Below, piece by piece: positions 21,928-31,041 of a stretch of 64,000 nucleotides of DNA. A program made the position numbers and the translations under genes. Source of the stretch: an uncultured Alphaproteobacteria bacterium (GTDB lineage Bacteria > Pseudomonadota > Alphaproteobacteria > Rs-D84); NCBI GenBank assembly GCA_934276735.1, contig CAKQTG010000002.1, positions 270,638-334,637 on the forward strand, written 5' to 3'. The notes beneath the pieces were generated by a model. It was not told where the DNA came from. It was given only the letters and a program-made list of their open reading frames with translations, and searched no databases. How positions within the stretch are numbered: the first letter of the stretch is position 1; the number at the start of each line of letters is the position of its first letter.

Positions 21928-22458
21928 ATGAGAAAATTTACGAACACCAAACCCAGTTTATGGTATTTTAGACTTGCATTTGTAATTTTGAGCAGGTTCC
22001 CTAATTGTAAATGTCGCTGGGGTGCGAGAGACAAATTTATTATTTGGGAATATACGTATGTTTCACAAATAACACACAAGGCGTTCACGTTTTGTTTAAA
22101 TTACGAAATCTATCAAGAGCCTCGAATATGGGTTGTAGAGCCAGACCTTACACAACTTGCAGCTACAGAATTAAAACACGTTTATCCCCAACACTGCAAT
22201 CGTTTATGCTTGTTTCACCCCCACGATGCGCCATGGAATACACGCAAGGATATTATTAACACTATCATTACATGGGCGTTTTTATGGGTCGAATTTTATG
22301 AGTCCTGGAAAATTACAGGTTTTTGGTATGGAGCAGAGGCAGATCATACTCCAATACAAAAAACACACCAAAGCAATTTATCAAGGGAAACGCACCAGAA
22401 AAAACACTATAATAAAAATCTTCCTAAATATTTGAAAAACCATCCAATTAGATACTAG
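21928..22458 (+). CDS. hypothetical protein, third gene of the TIR operon (candidate effector)
   Basis: The 176 aa, Trp-rich product has no recognisable motif. It starts 6 nt after the TIR gene stop. Confidence 0.45.
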   Translation: MRKFTNTKPSLWYFRLAFVILSRFPNCKCRWGARDKFIIWEYTYVSQITHKAFTFCLNYEIYQEPRIWVVEPDLTQLAATELKHVYPQHCNRLCLFHPHDAPWNTRKDIINTIITWAFLWVEFYESWKITGFWYGAEADHTPIQKTHQSNLSRETHQKKHYNKNLPKYLKNHPIRY

Positions 22459-22569
22459 CCGTGTGTTTTATCGATATGACATTTGCTAACTTTTTACAAT
22501 CTTGTTTATAACCTCAATAAAACCATTCCCATTTTTCGCTGAATAAAGCCAGTGCTGTTTTTTTGCCTG

Positions 22570-23079
22570 TTATAGCTTTAGATGGCAGGTCCCTATTGTT
22601 GATAGGACATAATATACTACTAGTATCAATATGATAAAAAATGCAATCTTATAAACACTAAGCGATTTTGAGTTTAGAACATCTGACATACGAATGTACG
22701 TTTGTATATTTGCGATATTCATATCAAATAGAGCACATTTGTCCGCCAACGCATCGGTATATTTTTGGCGATAACACCGTTCCAGCCACAAATAATAAGC
22801 ATCAAACCAGAAAAAGCTAAGTGTCAATATAATTGCTAAAACAAGCAAGGCTACGTTTGGCAGTTTAAAATACAAAGCTATGAGTCCGCCGACAGAAACC
22901 ATAAACCAATTTTTTATCGAAAAGGAATTGCCATTCATTCTGGCAATAATATTCTGCAACATTTCTAAAAATTTAATTTTTTCGCTTTGCATACGATTAA
23001 CGATACTACACATCGATATAAATGCAAGTAAAACCAGAATTTTTGCACAAAAACCGGACTTCCGCAAAAAAACAAGCAC
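22570..23079 (-). CDS. small multi-pass membrane protein
   Basis: There are three to four hydrophobic helices across 169 aa. The start is ambiguous and could be 23079, 23010 or 22992. Confidence 0.4.
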   Translation of the reverse strand: MLVFLRKSGFCAKILVLLAFISMCSIVNRMQSEKIKFLEMLQNIIARMNGNSFSIKNWFMVSVGGLIALYFKLPNVALLVLAIILTLSFFWFDAYYLWLERCYRQKYTDALADKCALFDMNIANIQTYIRMSDVLNSKSLSVYKIAFFIILILVVYYVLSTIGTCHLKL

Positions 23080-23109
23080 AAATGCAACAACTTTTAAAGG
23101 GGTTGCATA

Positions 23110-23375
23110 TGAATTTCAAACATTTTGATGATATTAAACCAAATGATAAGGCACAATTTGAGATGCTATATTTTTCTGCCCAAAGGGCTTTAAGAAGGTT
23201 AGAACTTAAACTAAACAGGATTTATAACGGTAAAACGCCAAAACATTTGCGTATAGAATTAAAACAACTCAACCGCAAACTCACCCAAATGGCAGGCACA
23301 TGGAAAAATATATATTCCCCTTGCATTTACATAGAATTTTTTATATTCATTATGAATGAGAAAGAATACGTATGA
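23110..23375 (+). CDS. small hypothetical protein
   Basis: An RBS (aaagggg) lies 8 nt upstream. The 88 aa basic helical product starts MNFKHFDD.... Confidence 0.3.
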
Positions 23376-23431
23376 AACGGCTCTAAAATAGTTATTGATA
23401 TATTAAAAATATTTGTATATTAGGAGATATT

Positions 23432-23635
23432 ATGAAATTCGGAATCAGAACACCTTCGTTGAGTAAAAGAATTGCAGCAAGAACATCTTTAAAAAGAATT
23501 ATTAGACATAATTTGGGTGTTAAAGTTCCCAGAGGCTTCGGATGGATAACAAACCCTAAAAAAGCTGCCTATAACAGGGTATATAATAGAACCTCTATAA
23601 GCATCGATAAGCTATTCAAGAAAATCTTTAAATAA
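23432..23635 (+). CDS. small basic hypothetical protein
   Basis: A strong RBS (ttaggagatatt) precedes the ATG. The product is 67 aa and lysine/arginine rich. Confidence 0.35.
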   Translation: MKFGIRTPSLSKRIAARTSLKRIIRHNLGVKVPRGFGWITNPKKAAYNRVYNRTSISIDKLFKKIFK

Positions 23636-23650
23636 CATAGGAGTCAAGTT

Positions 23651-23884
23651 ATGAGTTCTACAATATGGCATTCAAATACAGAAGTTCCAGAAAATGGGGC
23701 TGATATTTTATGTATCGGCCATAACAGTAATGGCGACTTTATAATTTATGGCAAGGCAGAACATTATCAAAATAGTTTTTGTATTGTTGACAATGTAGAG
23801 GTTGAATATGCCACTGATATAGACAAGTGGTGTTATGCGAAAGATTTATTGGAATTATTAAAAAAAACTGACAGTTATAAATAA
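23651..23884 (+). CDS. small hypothetical protein
   Basis: The RBS is cataggagtcaagtt followed by ATG. The product is 77 aa. Confidence 0.35.
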   Translation: MSSTIWHSNTEVPENGADILCIGHNSNGDFIIYGKAEHYQNSFCIVDNVEVEYATDIDKWCYAKDLLELLKKTDSYK

Positions 23885-24141
23885 CCCATTAAAAATTCTA
23901 TAATATAACTATGATATGTTGGTACTAGGTACATCGTATATAACCGCATAAATTGCGGTTATATATTTAGTCGTTTTAAAGAACTTGAGAATTGAACGAG
24001 GCGCATAAACTCTCTTTCTTTATTTCAAAACAATTTGTTTTAGTATTTTACAGCTCCTCTAGTACACTTCTAATTTGCTCAGAAACGTTTAACCTGCCAA
24101 CGAGCCCCAGTAGTTTTTTTAAGAATTTGGGAAATTTAAGA

Positions 24142-25836
24142 TTATTTTGATAAGCGCACATCTATTAAATCTTTTATCTCGCTATTCTTGAATAAATTGT
24201 TATATGAAAATTTTGATCCAAGTTCTTCTTGCTTTTTGCTTGCTATATTTTTGACAACCTCTTCTGCTTTTTCTATATTTTTATTAAAAAGAGCCACAAC
24301 TTCTTTTTCTTGGATATTGGGAAGTTTTAAATTAGCTTCTATAGATGATAATGCATACATTATTGCATAAATAGCATGCGAAAAGAAAGTATCTGTTGCT
24401 GCTTTATTTTTTATTTCTTTCCAAACAATGTATGCGTTATACAATTTATTTTGTATATTATTTTCTAGTTCTTTTTCAGAAAAAACAGAATCAAAATACT
24501 GGTTAAAAACAGATATTTTTGACACCTTCGCTTTTCCCGGCTCATTCAAAAACATAGCCACATAAGCCTGTAATAAATTTTCATTAGTTATGCTATCATT
24601 ATAATCTGTTAGTTCCTGTCCAACTTTTACAATTAAAGCAACTCCCTTGGTTTTAAAATACAGAGCTACTTTTTCTTGAATAAGATCATTAGATTTTAAA
24701 TCAACAACATTGATTGGGTTTTGGGAATTTGTTGCTTGTGCTATTTGTTGCATAATATCAGGATCTTTAGTTTTATACACACGCAATAACACTTTCGCCT
24801 TACTTAATTGTTCATAATTTTGTGATTCCCGATAAAATTTTGATAAAGCAGCAACGGTTTGCCCACCGTTAACTATACTCGGGCGCGTCAAAGTCAAGTT
24901 TATTTTTTCCTTATTACCTGTATGACCAGTTTTATAATCATCTGCTATAATTGTAATACCATTATTAAAAAACCAAAACAGTTCTGGTTTTTCACTTGCT
25001 GTTTTAATAATTTCTTTATTAATTTTACTTTTAGGCAAAAGATATCTCACATTGGAATTCAACAAAGCACCTTCATTGTTTTGTTTATAAAAATCAACTA
25101 AGTCACTTAAATATACTTCGGTTATAAACCCCGTTATAACCTGTGGTAAATCTTGTTTTAGAGTTTTGTCATCACAAATAATTTTTATTGTCGCACTATC
25201 AGGAACCTTCTCTTTTAATCCAAAATTTGTACTATCTATAAAATTTACATTTATCTCGTTGTTTATAGCTGTTTCTACAGCATCAGATTGCTTTAACACT
25301 TCCCCAATTATACCATTCGTTGAAAAGAAAACATGTACTCTGAGAGTAGGCCAATCATTTTGCTCACAAACCTCTCTAAGTTTATCAAGTTTTGATTTTA
25401 GCAACAAATTTGTAGTAGATAAATTCTCGCCCTTTTTTATTTTTTCTACGTTTTTTAGACATAATTCTATTTCATCTTGTGTAAATGTATTTTTGGCCTT
25501 TTTAGAAACGTGTTTGGCTTGTACTACAATCACATCCATAAATTTTTCATTAGAATTTGGCAGGGACACTATACTTTCATCATCAAAATATAGCAAATCT
25601 ATTTTGTTATCGCCACTGCCGTCCGTTAAGAAACAAATCGAAGAATTTATATCTACTTTTTTATATTCCATTATAGTAACTACAGCAGTAGCCAAAGAGT
25701 TAATATATTCTTTGTTTTGCAAACCTTGCCCATAATGCTTTTTAGCATATTCAGACTTTTTTATTAGCTTAGTGTTATCTTCTATTAGTCTATTAAATTT
25801 ATTTAAAGCATATTCATTTATGGAGGCATTAGACAT
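24142..25836 (-). CDS. AIPR family abortive-infection protein
   Basis: The N-terminal region reads CFLTDGSGDNKIDLLYFDDESIV, resembling the AIPR DGSGDxGID core. The gene is 564 aa and starts 10 bp after the R gene stop. Confidence 0.6.
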   Translation of the reverse strand: MSNASINEYALNKFNRLIEDNTKLIKKSEYAKKHYGQGLQNKEYINSLATAVVTIMEYKKVDINSSICFLTDGSGDNKIDLLYFDDESIVSLPNSNEKFMDVIVVQAKHVSKKAKNTFTQDEIELCLKNVEKIKKGENLSTTNLLLKSKLDKLREVCEQNDWPTLRVHVFFSTNGIIGEVLKQSDAVETAINNEINVNFIDSTNFGLKEKVPDSATIKIICDDKTLKQDLPQVITGFITEVYLSDLVDFYKQNNEGALLNSNVRYLLPKSKINKEIIKTASEKPELFWFFNNGITIIADDYKTGHTGNKEKINLTLTRPSIVNGGQTVAALSKFYRESQNYEQLSKAKVLLRVYKTKDPDIMQQIAQATNSQNPINVVDLKSNDLIQEKVALYFKTKGVALIVKVGQELTDYNDSITNENLLQAYVAMFLNEPGKAKVSKISVFNQYFDSVFSEKELENNIQNKLYNAYIVWKEIKNKAATDTFFSHAIYAIMYALSSIEANLKLPNIQEKEVVALFNKNIEKAEEVVKNIASKKQEELGSKFSYNNLFKNSEIKDLIDVRLSK

Positions 25837-25846
25837 TTTATTTACC

Positions 25847-26743
25847 TTACCTTAATAGCCCTTCCAACACACCTTTTTGAACCATGTCGATGTTAAGGAT
25901 ATAATCTGTTGTATCAAAAGTATCGCGTAACGGTCGCTGAGTTTTCTGCCAGCCTAAACCATCCGTTATCCATATAAACTGGTGCCCGTCTTTTGTCCAC
26001 TGATGATAAATATCTGCATATTCGCCTGCGGTTGATTTTAATTTTGATCCGCCACCGCCATAGAAATTTGTTTCTATCAGATATAGTTTATTAGGGGTAT
26101 TTATAGCAAAATCAACACGCTTGGATGATTTATTCACAATAATATTTTTACTCCATTTTCTATAAATTTTATCTGCTGTCGCCTGCGCAATATATTCATA
26201 ACCATTACGGTCACAAATATCTTTTATAAAATATTCCATCAAGTTTTCCATTGATGTGCCACTGCGGTTCTTGCGCCCATTTGAATCAAGTCCAACTTCT
26301 ACACCAAGAAAATAATCTGGTATAGATTTAATTGTACGGTCAGATACTAAATCAAGGAAGCCACTTGCTTTCATAAATAGGACACCATCCTCTGCAGACA
26401 TAGGCTTTGAAAAGTCAAAGCATTTAAGTCCAAAAGTTTTTATATCTGAAACAAGTTTAATTTTCTTTTCTCTATCGGCTAACAGTGCCGGTATAACACC
26501 TATAATTTTTGGATATTCCTTTAATAAATCTTTTGCTGCTTTTTCAACATCCGCCTTACCAATCAGAGTATTCAATAAGTTTAGTGCAATCTCTGCTTCG
26601 TGATAATTATTGATAACTTTTGACCAGTTAACAAAATAATCCCAAGATGTTATACTTTCTTTTAGGGTTGAAATCAAATAACCAAAAACGTCATCTTCGT
26701 TCTTGCAGCCCAAAAGTTCATCAAAAATTTTAGAATACTTCAT
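25847..26743 (-). CDS. Type II restriction endonuclease, DpnII/MboI-like (GATC-type system inferred)
   Basis: This is the third gene of a Dam-like M / beta-class M / R cassette with the same order and similar sizes to dpnM-dpnA-dpnB. It overlaps the upstream methylase gene by 4 nt. The product is 298 aa. Confidence 0.5.
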   Translation of the reverse strand: MKYSKIFDELLGCKNEDDVFGYLISTLKESITSWDYFVNWSKVINNYHEAEIALNLLNTLIGKADVEKAAKDLLKEYPKIIGVIPALLADREKKIKLVSDIKTFGLKCFDFSKPMSAEDGVLFMKASGFLDLVSDRTIKSIPDYFLGVEVGLDSNGRKNRSGTSMENLMEYFIKDICDRNGYEYIAQATADKIYRKWSKNIIVNKSSKRVDFAINTPNKLYLIETNFYGGGGSKLKSTAGEYADIYHQWTKDGHQFIWITDGLGWQKTQRPLRDTFDTTDYILNIDMVQKGVLEGLLR

Positions 26744-27525
26744 TTTATTCCTTTCTTTTCAAGGATATCATACAGCCTTTTTTCTGCCAATTCAACAAAT
26801 TGCGTTTCCTGTTCTATACCGACAAACATTCTGTCATATTTTAATGCCGCAACCCCAGTTGTACCACTGCCCATAAAAGGATCTAATATTAAATCGCCCA
26901 GATTTGTACAACATAAAATTATTCTTTCCAATAAATCCAAAGGCTTTTGTGTTGGATGCTTGCCAAAAGTTTTTTCTGATTTTGATGGCGTTGGAATAGA
27001 CCAAACACTGCGCATCTGGCAATCTGGCTTTTTCAAAATATCTTTTGGGAATGAACCACATTTCATGGCATCGTAATTAAATATATGTTTCGCGTTCTTA
27101 CTTTTTCTCGCCCAGATAAGTGTTTCATGGCTCGCGGTAAAGTATCTACAAGACATATTTGGACTAGCATTTGGTTTATACCACGCAACATCATTTAATA
27201 TATGAAAGCCCAACAACTGCATTGCAAAGCCACATGAGTATATACTGTGGTATGTACCACTTATCCAAATTGTGCCATTTGGTTTTAACACTCGCCAGCA
27301 TGCAGAAAGCCACTTTTTATGAAACTCAAAATCATTCATCAGTCCGTGCGACTCGTCCCACTTGCCTTTATTAACCGATACAACTTGACCATTTTGGCAC
27401 GTTATCCCCCCATTTGACAACATATAAGGCGGATCCGCAAAAATCATATCAAAGGTATTTTCTGGAATCTTTTCCAGACACGTTAAGCAATCTTCACAAT
27501 AAAGGCGAAAAGGTTTCTTAGTCAT
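26740..27525 (-). CDS. beta-class N6-adenine DNA methyltransferase (DpnA-like)
   Basis: Motif IV is IFADPPYMLSNGG near the N-terminus and motif I is LDPFMGSGTTGVAA near the C-terminus. Confidence 0.8.
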   Translation of the reverse strand: MTKKPFRLYCEDCLTCLEKIPENTFDMIFADPPYMLSNGGITCQNGQVVSVNKGKWDESHGLMNDFEFHKKWLSACWRVLKPNGTIWISGTYHSIYSCGFAMQLLGFHILNDVAWYKPNASPNMSCRYFTASHETLIWARKSKNAKHIFNYDAMKCGSFPKDILKKPDCQMRSVWSIPTPSKSEKTFGKHPTQKPLDLLERIILCCTNLGDLILDPFMGSGTTGVAALKYDRMFVGIEQETQFVELAEKRLYDILEKKGIK

Positions 27526-28450
27526 AATTAGTTATCAATAACTCACGAATAGCACTGCGCCCGTCTGCATTTGCATTTATCAAACGCTTTGCAAGTATTC
27601 TATTTATATTATAGTCTTGGTATAAATCATCAAAGAATGTGTCTTTTATATAATTTGTTGGATCAGAATTACTTAACATTTGTAAAGCACCCGCTTTATC
27701 ACACGCTTCAAAAACATTCTTAAGGCGAATTTGCTCATCATCATTAAAATCCCCAACAGCATAAGAATTAAACGAAGATGTTTTTCTAATCGGGCGATAT
27801 GGTGGGTCGTAATAGATAAACGTATCTTTATTTACATACTCTTGAACAGAACTAAAATCTGTTTGGATAATAGTCGCAATCTGTAAAGCGTCTGATACAT
27901 TGCGCAAATTTTCTGCGTCTAATATTCTTGGGTTGGTATACTTACCCATCGGAACATTAAACATATTTTTCGAATTAACACGAAACAATCCATTAAAACA
28001 CGTTCTGTTTAAGAATATGGTCAACGCTACACGTCTGACAAACCGCTGATTATAAATATTTGCATCGACGGTTTTGTCCATGTTGTTATATTCATCACGC
28101 CTTGCGTAATAATATTCTTTTTTATCTTCTGTATGATTATACTCTGCACTTATTTTTGTCAGTTCAACTATCAATTTTTCAACATCATGTTTGATAACAT
28201 TATACAGAATAACCAACTCAGGATTGATATCAAACAAGAAAGCCTCTTTGATTGAGAACCGATTATAAATATCGAAGAACACAGCCCCACCACCAACAAA
28301 GGGTTCTATGTATCTTTTTATCCCACCCATTTTCAATTTTAAGGGCAGTTTTTCATCGATTTTATCTAATAGCTGTCCCTTGCCCCCTGCCCATTTTAAT
28401 ACAGGTTTGCACTCAATATAATCCGCTAATTTTGCTGGCAGTGGTGACAA
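27518..28450 (-). CDS. Dam-family (alpha-class) N6-adenine DNA methyltransferase (DpnM-like)
   Basis: Motif I is EPFVGGGAVFFDI near the N-terminus and motif IV is IYYDPPYRP. The Dam family recognises GATC. Confidence 0.8.
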   Translation of the reverse strand: MSPLPAKLADYIECKPVLKWAGGKGQLLDKIDEKLPLKLKMGGIKRYIEPFVGGGAVFFDIYNRFSIKEAFLFDINPELVILYNVIKHDVEKLIVELTKISAEYNHTEDKKEYYYARRDEYNNMDKTVDANIYNQRFVRRVALTIFLNRTCFNGLFRVNSKNMFNVPMGKYTNPRILDAENLRNVSDALQIATIIQTDFSSVQEYVNKDTFIYYDPPYRPIRKTSSFNSYAVGDFNDDEQIRLKNVFEACDKAGALQMLSNSDPTNYIKDTFFDDLYQDYNINRILAKRLINANADGRSAIRELLITNYD

Positions 28451-28671
28451 TTTTTCCTTTCCTTTACGATTTGATATTACAAAATCACGCCACCTAAATC
28501 CAGTAGTTATTTTTTACTTGTGGTTGTTTTTAATTGCTTTTGATTACTTTAAAAACTTTGAACAAAAACACACAGAAACACATAGAAATAGTACACAGCC
28601 GATGTCACCACAAACAAAAAAATCCAAGTTTTCTGCGGAATTCAGCCATTTTTGAAAAAATTGTACAATTC

Positions 28672-28728
28672 ACTGTTAATCTGTATGTCACTGGTTCGAG
28701 TCCAGTTGCCCGAGCCACAAATTCCAGG
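28672..28728 (+). repeat. direct repeat of the tRNA-Asn 3' half (att-type island boundary)
   Basis: The 47 nt sequence actgttaatctgtatgtcactggttcgagtccagttgcccgagccac matches tRNA positions 20056-20102 with one mismatch. Confidence 0.8.
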
Positions 28729-28748
28729 GTTCCCAATCGGGGCCCTGT

Positions 28749-29135
28749 TTATTTTTTCAATTCCACCAATTTTTGAGATATGATGTGGTCGGCGGGTAAT
28801 TGCGGATGCGCCAGCAATTCGGTCACATGCACCCAGTGCATTTGGTCATGAACGCGCAATTCTATTTCCCCAGAAAAACCCGTAATTTCATACGCATACA
28901 AATTGATTTCACGTCCCGTATCGGTCACAAAGTGCACAACCGTCACCAGGTCACCAATTTCGGCATTTATGCCCAATTCTTCGTTCAATTCACGGGCCAG
29001 ACACGACGGGCCATCTTCGCCCGGCTCAAATTTACCCCCGGGATATTCCCACGCGCCGGCACATGGCTGGTTTTGCGCACGCCGCATCAGTAAAACAGAG
29101 TTACCATCACGAAAAATTGCCGCCGTTACGTTCAT
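28749..29135 (-). CDS. Nudix hydrolase (MutT-like)
   Basis: The Nudix box is GGKFEPGEDGPSCLARELNEELGI. Confidence 0.75.
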   Translation of the reverse strand: MNVTAAIFRDGNSVLLMRRAQNQPCAGAWEYPGGKFEPGEDGPSCLARELNEELGINAEIGDLVTVVHFVTDTGREINLYAYEITGFSGEIELRVHDQMHWVHVTELLAHPQLPADHIISQKLVELKK

Positions 29136-29274
29136 GTGTTTTATGATATAAAACCACTCATATCAATGCAAGGAATTTGGACTATAAACCGATTGACAAA
29201 ATATGATTTTTTAGTCTATGCTGGCCCCATAGTCATAAGACAAATTTCTGCATCTAAATCCCGGGGGGCACGCA

Positions 29275-29612
29275 TGGAACGCACAGAAACACATAAAATC
29301 ACAATTACGTTGAAATTTGAACTGTTACTAGGCGACAAAGACATATGTTGCAGCATTTGCGGCCAACCGATAACCAAGAAACAAAAAATGTCCATTGATC
29401 ATCACATTCCGCGCATGCACGGCGGGACCGACTATCGCGGAAATCTGTTTCCGGCGCACCAAATTTGCAATTCGATAAAGGGCGACCTGATGCCCGAGGA
29501 ATTTGAGGCCCGCAAAGAAGACCTGTTTGGGCACGCATTAGTTTCGTGGAAATTAAAGAAGGTTGATGTTGCAATCGTCGCACGCGCGTTGGCCAGCATG
29601 CGCAGCAAATAA
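29275..29612 (+). CDS. HNH endonuclease domain protein
   Basis: The motif CSICGQP...SIDHHIPRMHGGTDYRGNLFPAHQICNSIKG is an HNH motif. The start was trimmed to MERTETH (RBS gggggg). The long ORF from 29136 would abut the Nudix gene start codon. Confidence 0.55.
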
Positions 29613-29979
29613 AAATCCATTAAACCGTGAACTTGATAGGTATAAAAAAGGACCACTCACAGCAGAGAGCGGTCGGGGAGTTAACAAATCATATTCACGG
29701 ATGATTCTGTCGCCTTTGGGTTGTCCCTGTTTTATAGCGATCAGCCCCCCGACCCGTTCAGGTCAGGGTATCGGTATTACTTGATTCATACCGACGGCGG
29801 ATATGATGCATCCATGCACCACGTGAATATGGACTTGTTAAAGTCCTGAACCAAAATCCCTTTTGTGTTCGCAGACCATTTTACAAAAACCCGGCCATCA
29901 TTTCAATATAAAATTATAAAAAACGCCCCGACGGGTATCCATGAGGGGGCGAGAATGACATGAAAACTGTTGCGCCGCA

Positions 29980-30192
29980 TCAGCGTTCGCTGGTCGCGGG
30001 CTGGTCAATAAAGATCCAAATCAACCAAATCAATGCCGCAATACCAATCAGGCTGTATACGATACTGCTGGCGATGGTGGCCGGTCCGAAAATCCATGCG
30101 ACCAAATCAAAACCGAATATACCAATCAGTCCCCAATTCAGGGCACCAATAAATGTCAACGGTTTCAACACATAGTTTGTCAGTCCTCTCAT
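29980..30192 (-). CDS. DUF378 family small membrane protein
   Basis: The sequence GALNWGLIGIFGFDLVAWIFG is diagnostic of DUF378. Confidence 0.55.
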   Translation of the reverse strand: MRGLTNYVLKPLTFIGALNWGLIGIFGFDLVAWIFGPATIASSIVYSLIGIAALIWLIWIFIDQPATSER

Positions 30193-30354
30193 CTGTTTTT
30201 TCTCCTTTGAACAGGTTTAATATTGTCTGTATCCAGACACGACAATTATAGCGGACTTTATCATGCATCGCAATCCGTTTATACGACTTAGGAAAACGTT
30301 CTTAGCCACGGAATTCGCGATGTTTGGCGCGTCACGCCGGGACACATTGCCGCA

Positions 30355-31041
30355 TTACACACCAGCATCAATTATATGTTTTATTGCATAATTTGCGCAT
30401 ACCAGGCCAAATGCGCCCGTAATTGTTACCATTGATCCGAACGTATGGTTTGGCGCGACGTTGGGGTTGGCACCCTCGGTCGAATAGACGACGGGATAAT
30501 CAGGTATGTGCGCCGCGCGTATCAGTCGGCGAATCTTGGCTGCCAATGGACACACTGTTGTTTTAGATAACCGCCCCACCCTGATTTGCGATGGGTCGGT
30601 TTTGCGCGCCGCGCCCATACTGGATATAAACGGGATATTGCGCGCCTGGCACCATGCGGCCAGTGCAATTTTGGACGGAACAGAATCAATTGCATCAATC
30701 ACAAAATCGGGGCGAACATCCGGCGCGTGCGCATCATCAAAGAACATATCAAATGTATCCACAACCGCGTCTGGGTTTATATCATGAATTCGCGCAGCGG
30801 CAACCGCAACCTTTGGCATGCCGATGGTTGACGTCAGTGCGAACAACTGGCGATTTATATTTGATTCTTCGACCCGGTCAAAATCAACAACGATTATATG
30901 GCCAATGCCACTGCGGGCCAGGGCCTCGGTCGCGAACGACCCGACCGCGCCACACCCAACGACCATAACGGTTGCGGCGCGCAGTTTTTCAATATTTTCA
31001 TCACCCAACAGTAATCTGATTCTGTGTAATCTGTCAGCCAT
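30355..31041 (-). CDS. tcdA: tRNA threonylcarbamoyladenosine dehydratase (ThiF/MoeB-like E1 fold)
   Basis: The sequence VVGCGAVGSFATEALARSGIGHIIVVDFDRVEESNINRQ is the E1-like Rossmann motif characteristic of TcdA/CsdL. Confidence 0.65.
   Translation of the reverse strand: MADRLHRIRLLLGDENIEKLRAATVMVVGCGAVGSFATEALARSGIGHIIVVDFDRVEESNINRQLFALTSTIGMPKVAVAAARIHDINPDAVVDTFDMFFDDAHAPDVRPDFVIDAIDSVPSKIALAAWCQARNIPFISSMGAARKTDPSQIRVGRLSKTTVCPLAAKIRRLIRAAHIPDYPVVYSTEGANPNVAPNHTFGSMVTITGAFGLVCANYAIKHIIDAGV

Larger units (their letters stand above)
20102..28728. mobile_element. tRNA-Asn-associated genomic (defence) island, no integrase present
   Basis: The region is bounded by the intact tRNA and a 47 bp direct repeat of its 3' half at 28672-28728. 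It is AT-rich relative to the backbone. Its cargo is TIR proteins, AIPR and a DpnII-like RM system. Confidence 0.65.

Noticed and set aside
20102-28728. An integrase or recombinase gene expected next to the tRNA att site.
   Set aside because: None of the island ORFs shows tyrosine- or serine-recombinase motifs (R..H..R..Y or the Ser catalytic box). The island is called integrase-less rather than assigning a weak candidate.
29136-29612. The long form of the HNH ORF starting at 29136.
   Set aside because: It would begin at the base adjacent to the divergent Nudix start codon, leaving no promoter space. An internal start at 29275 with a G-rich RBS is more plausible.
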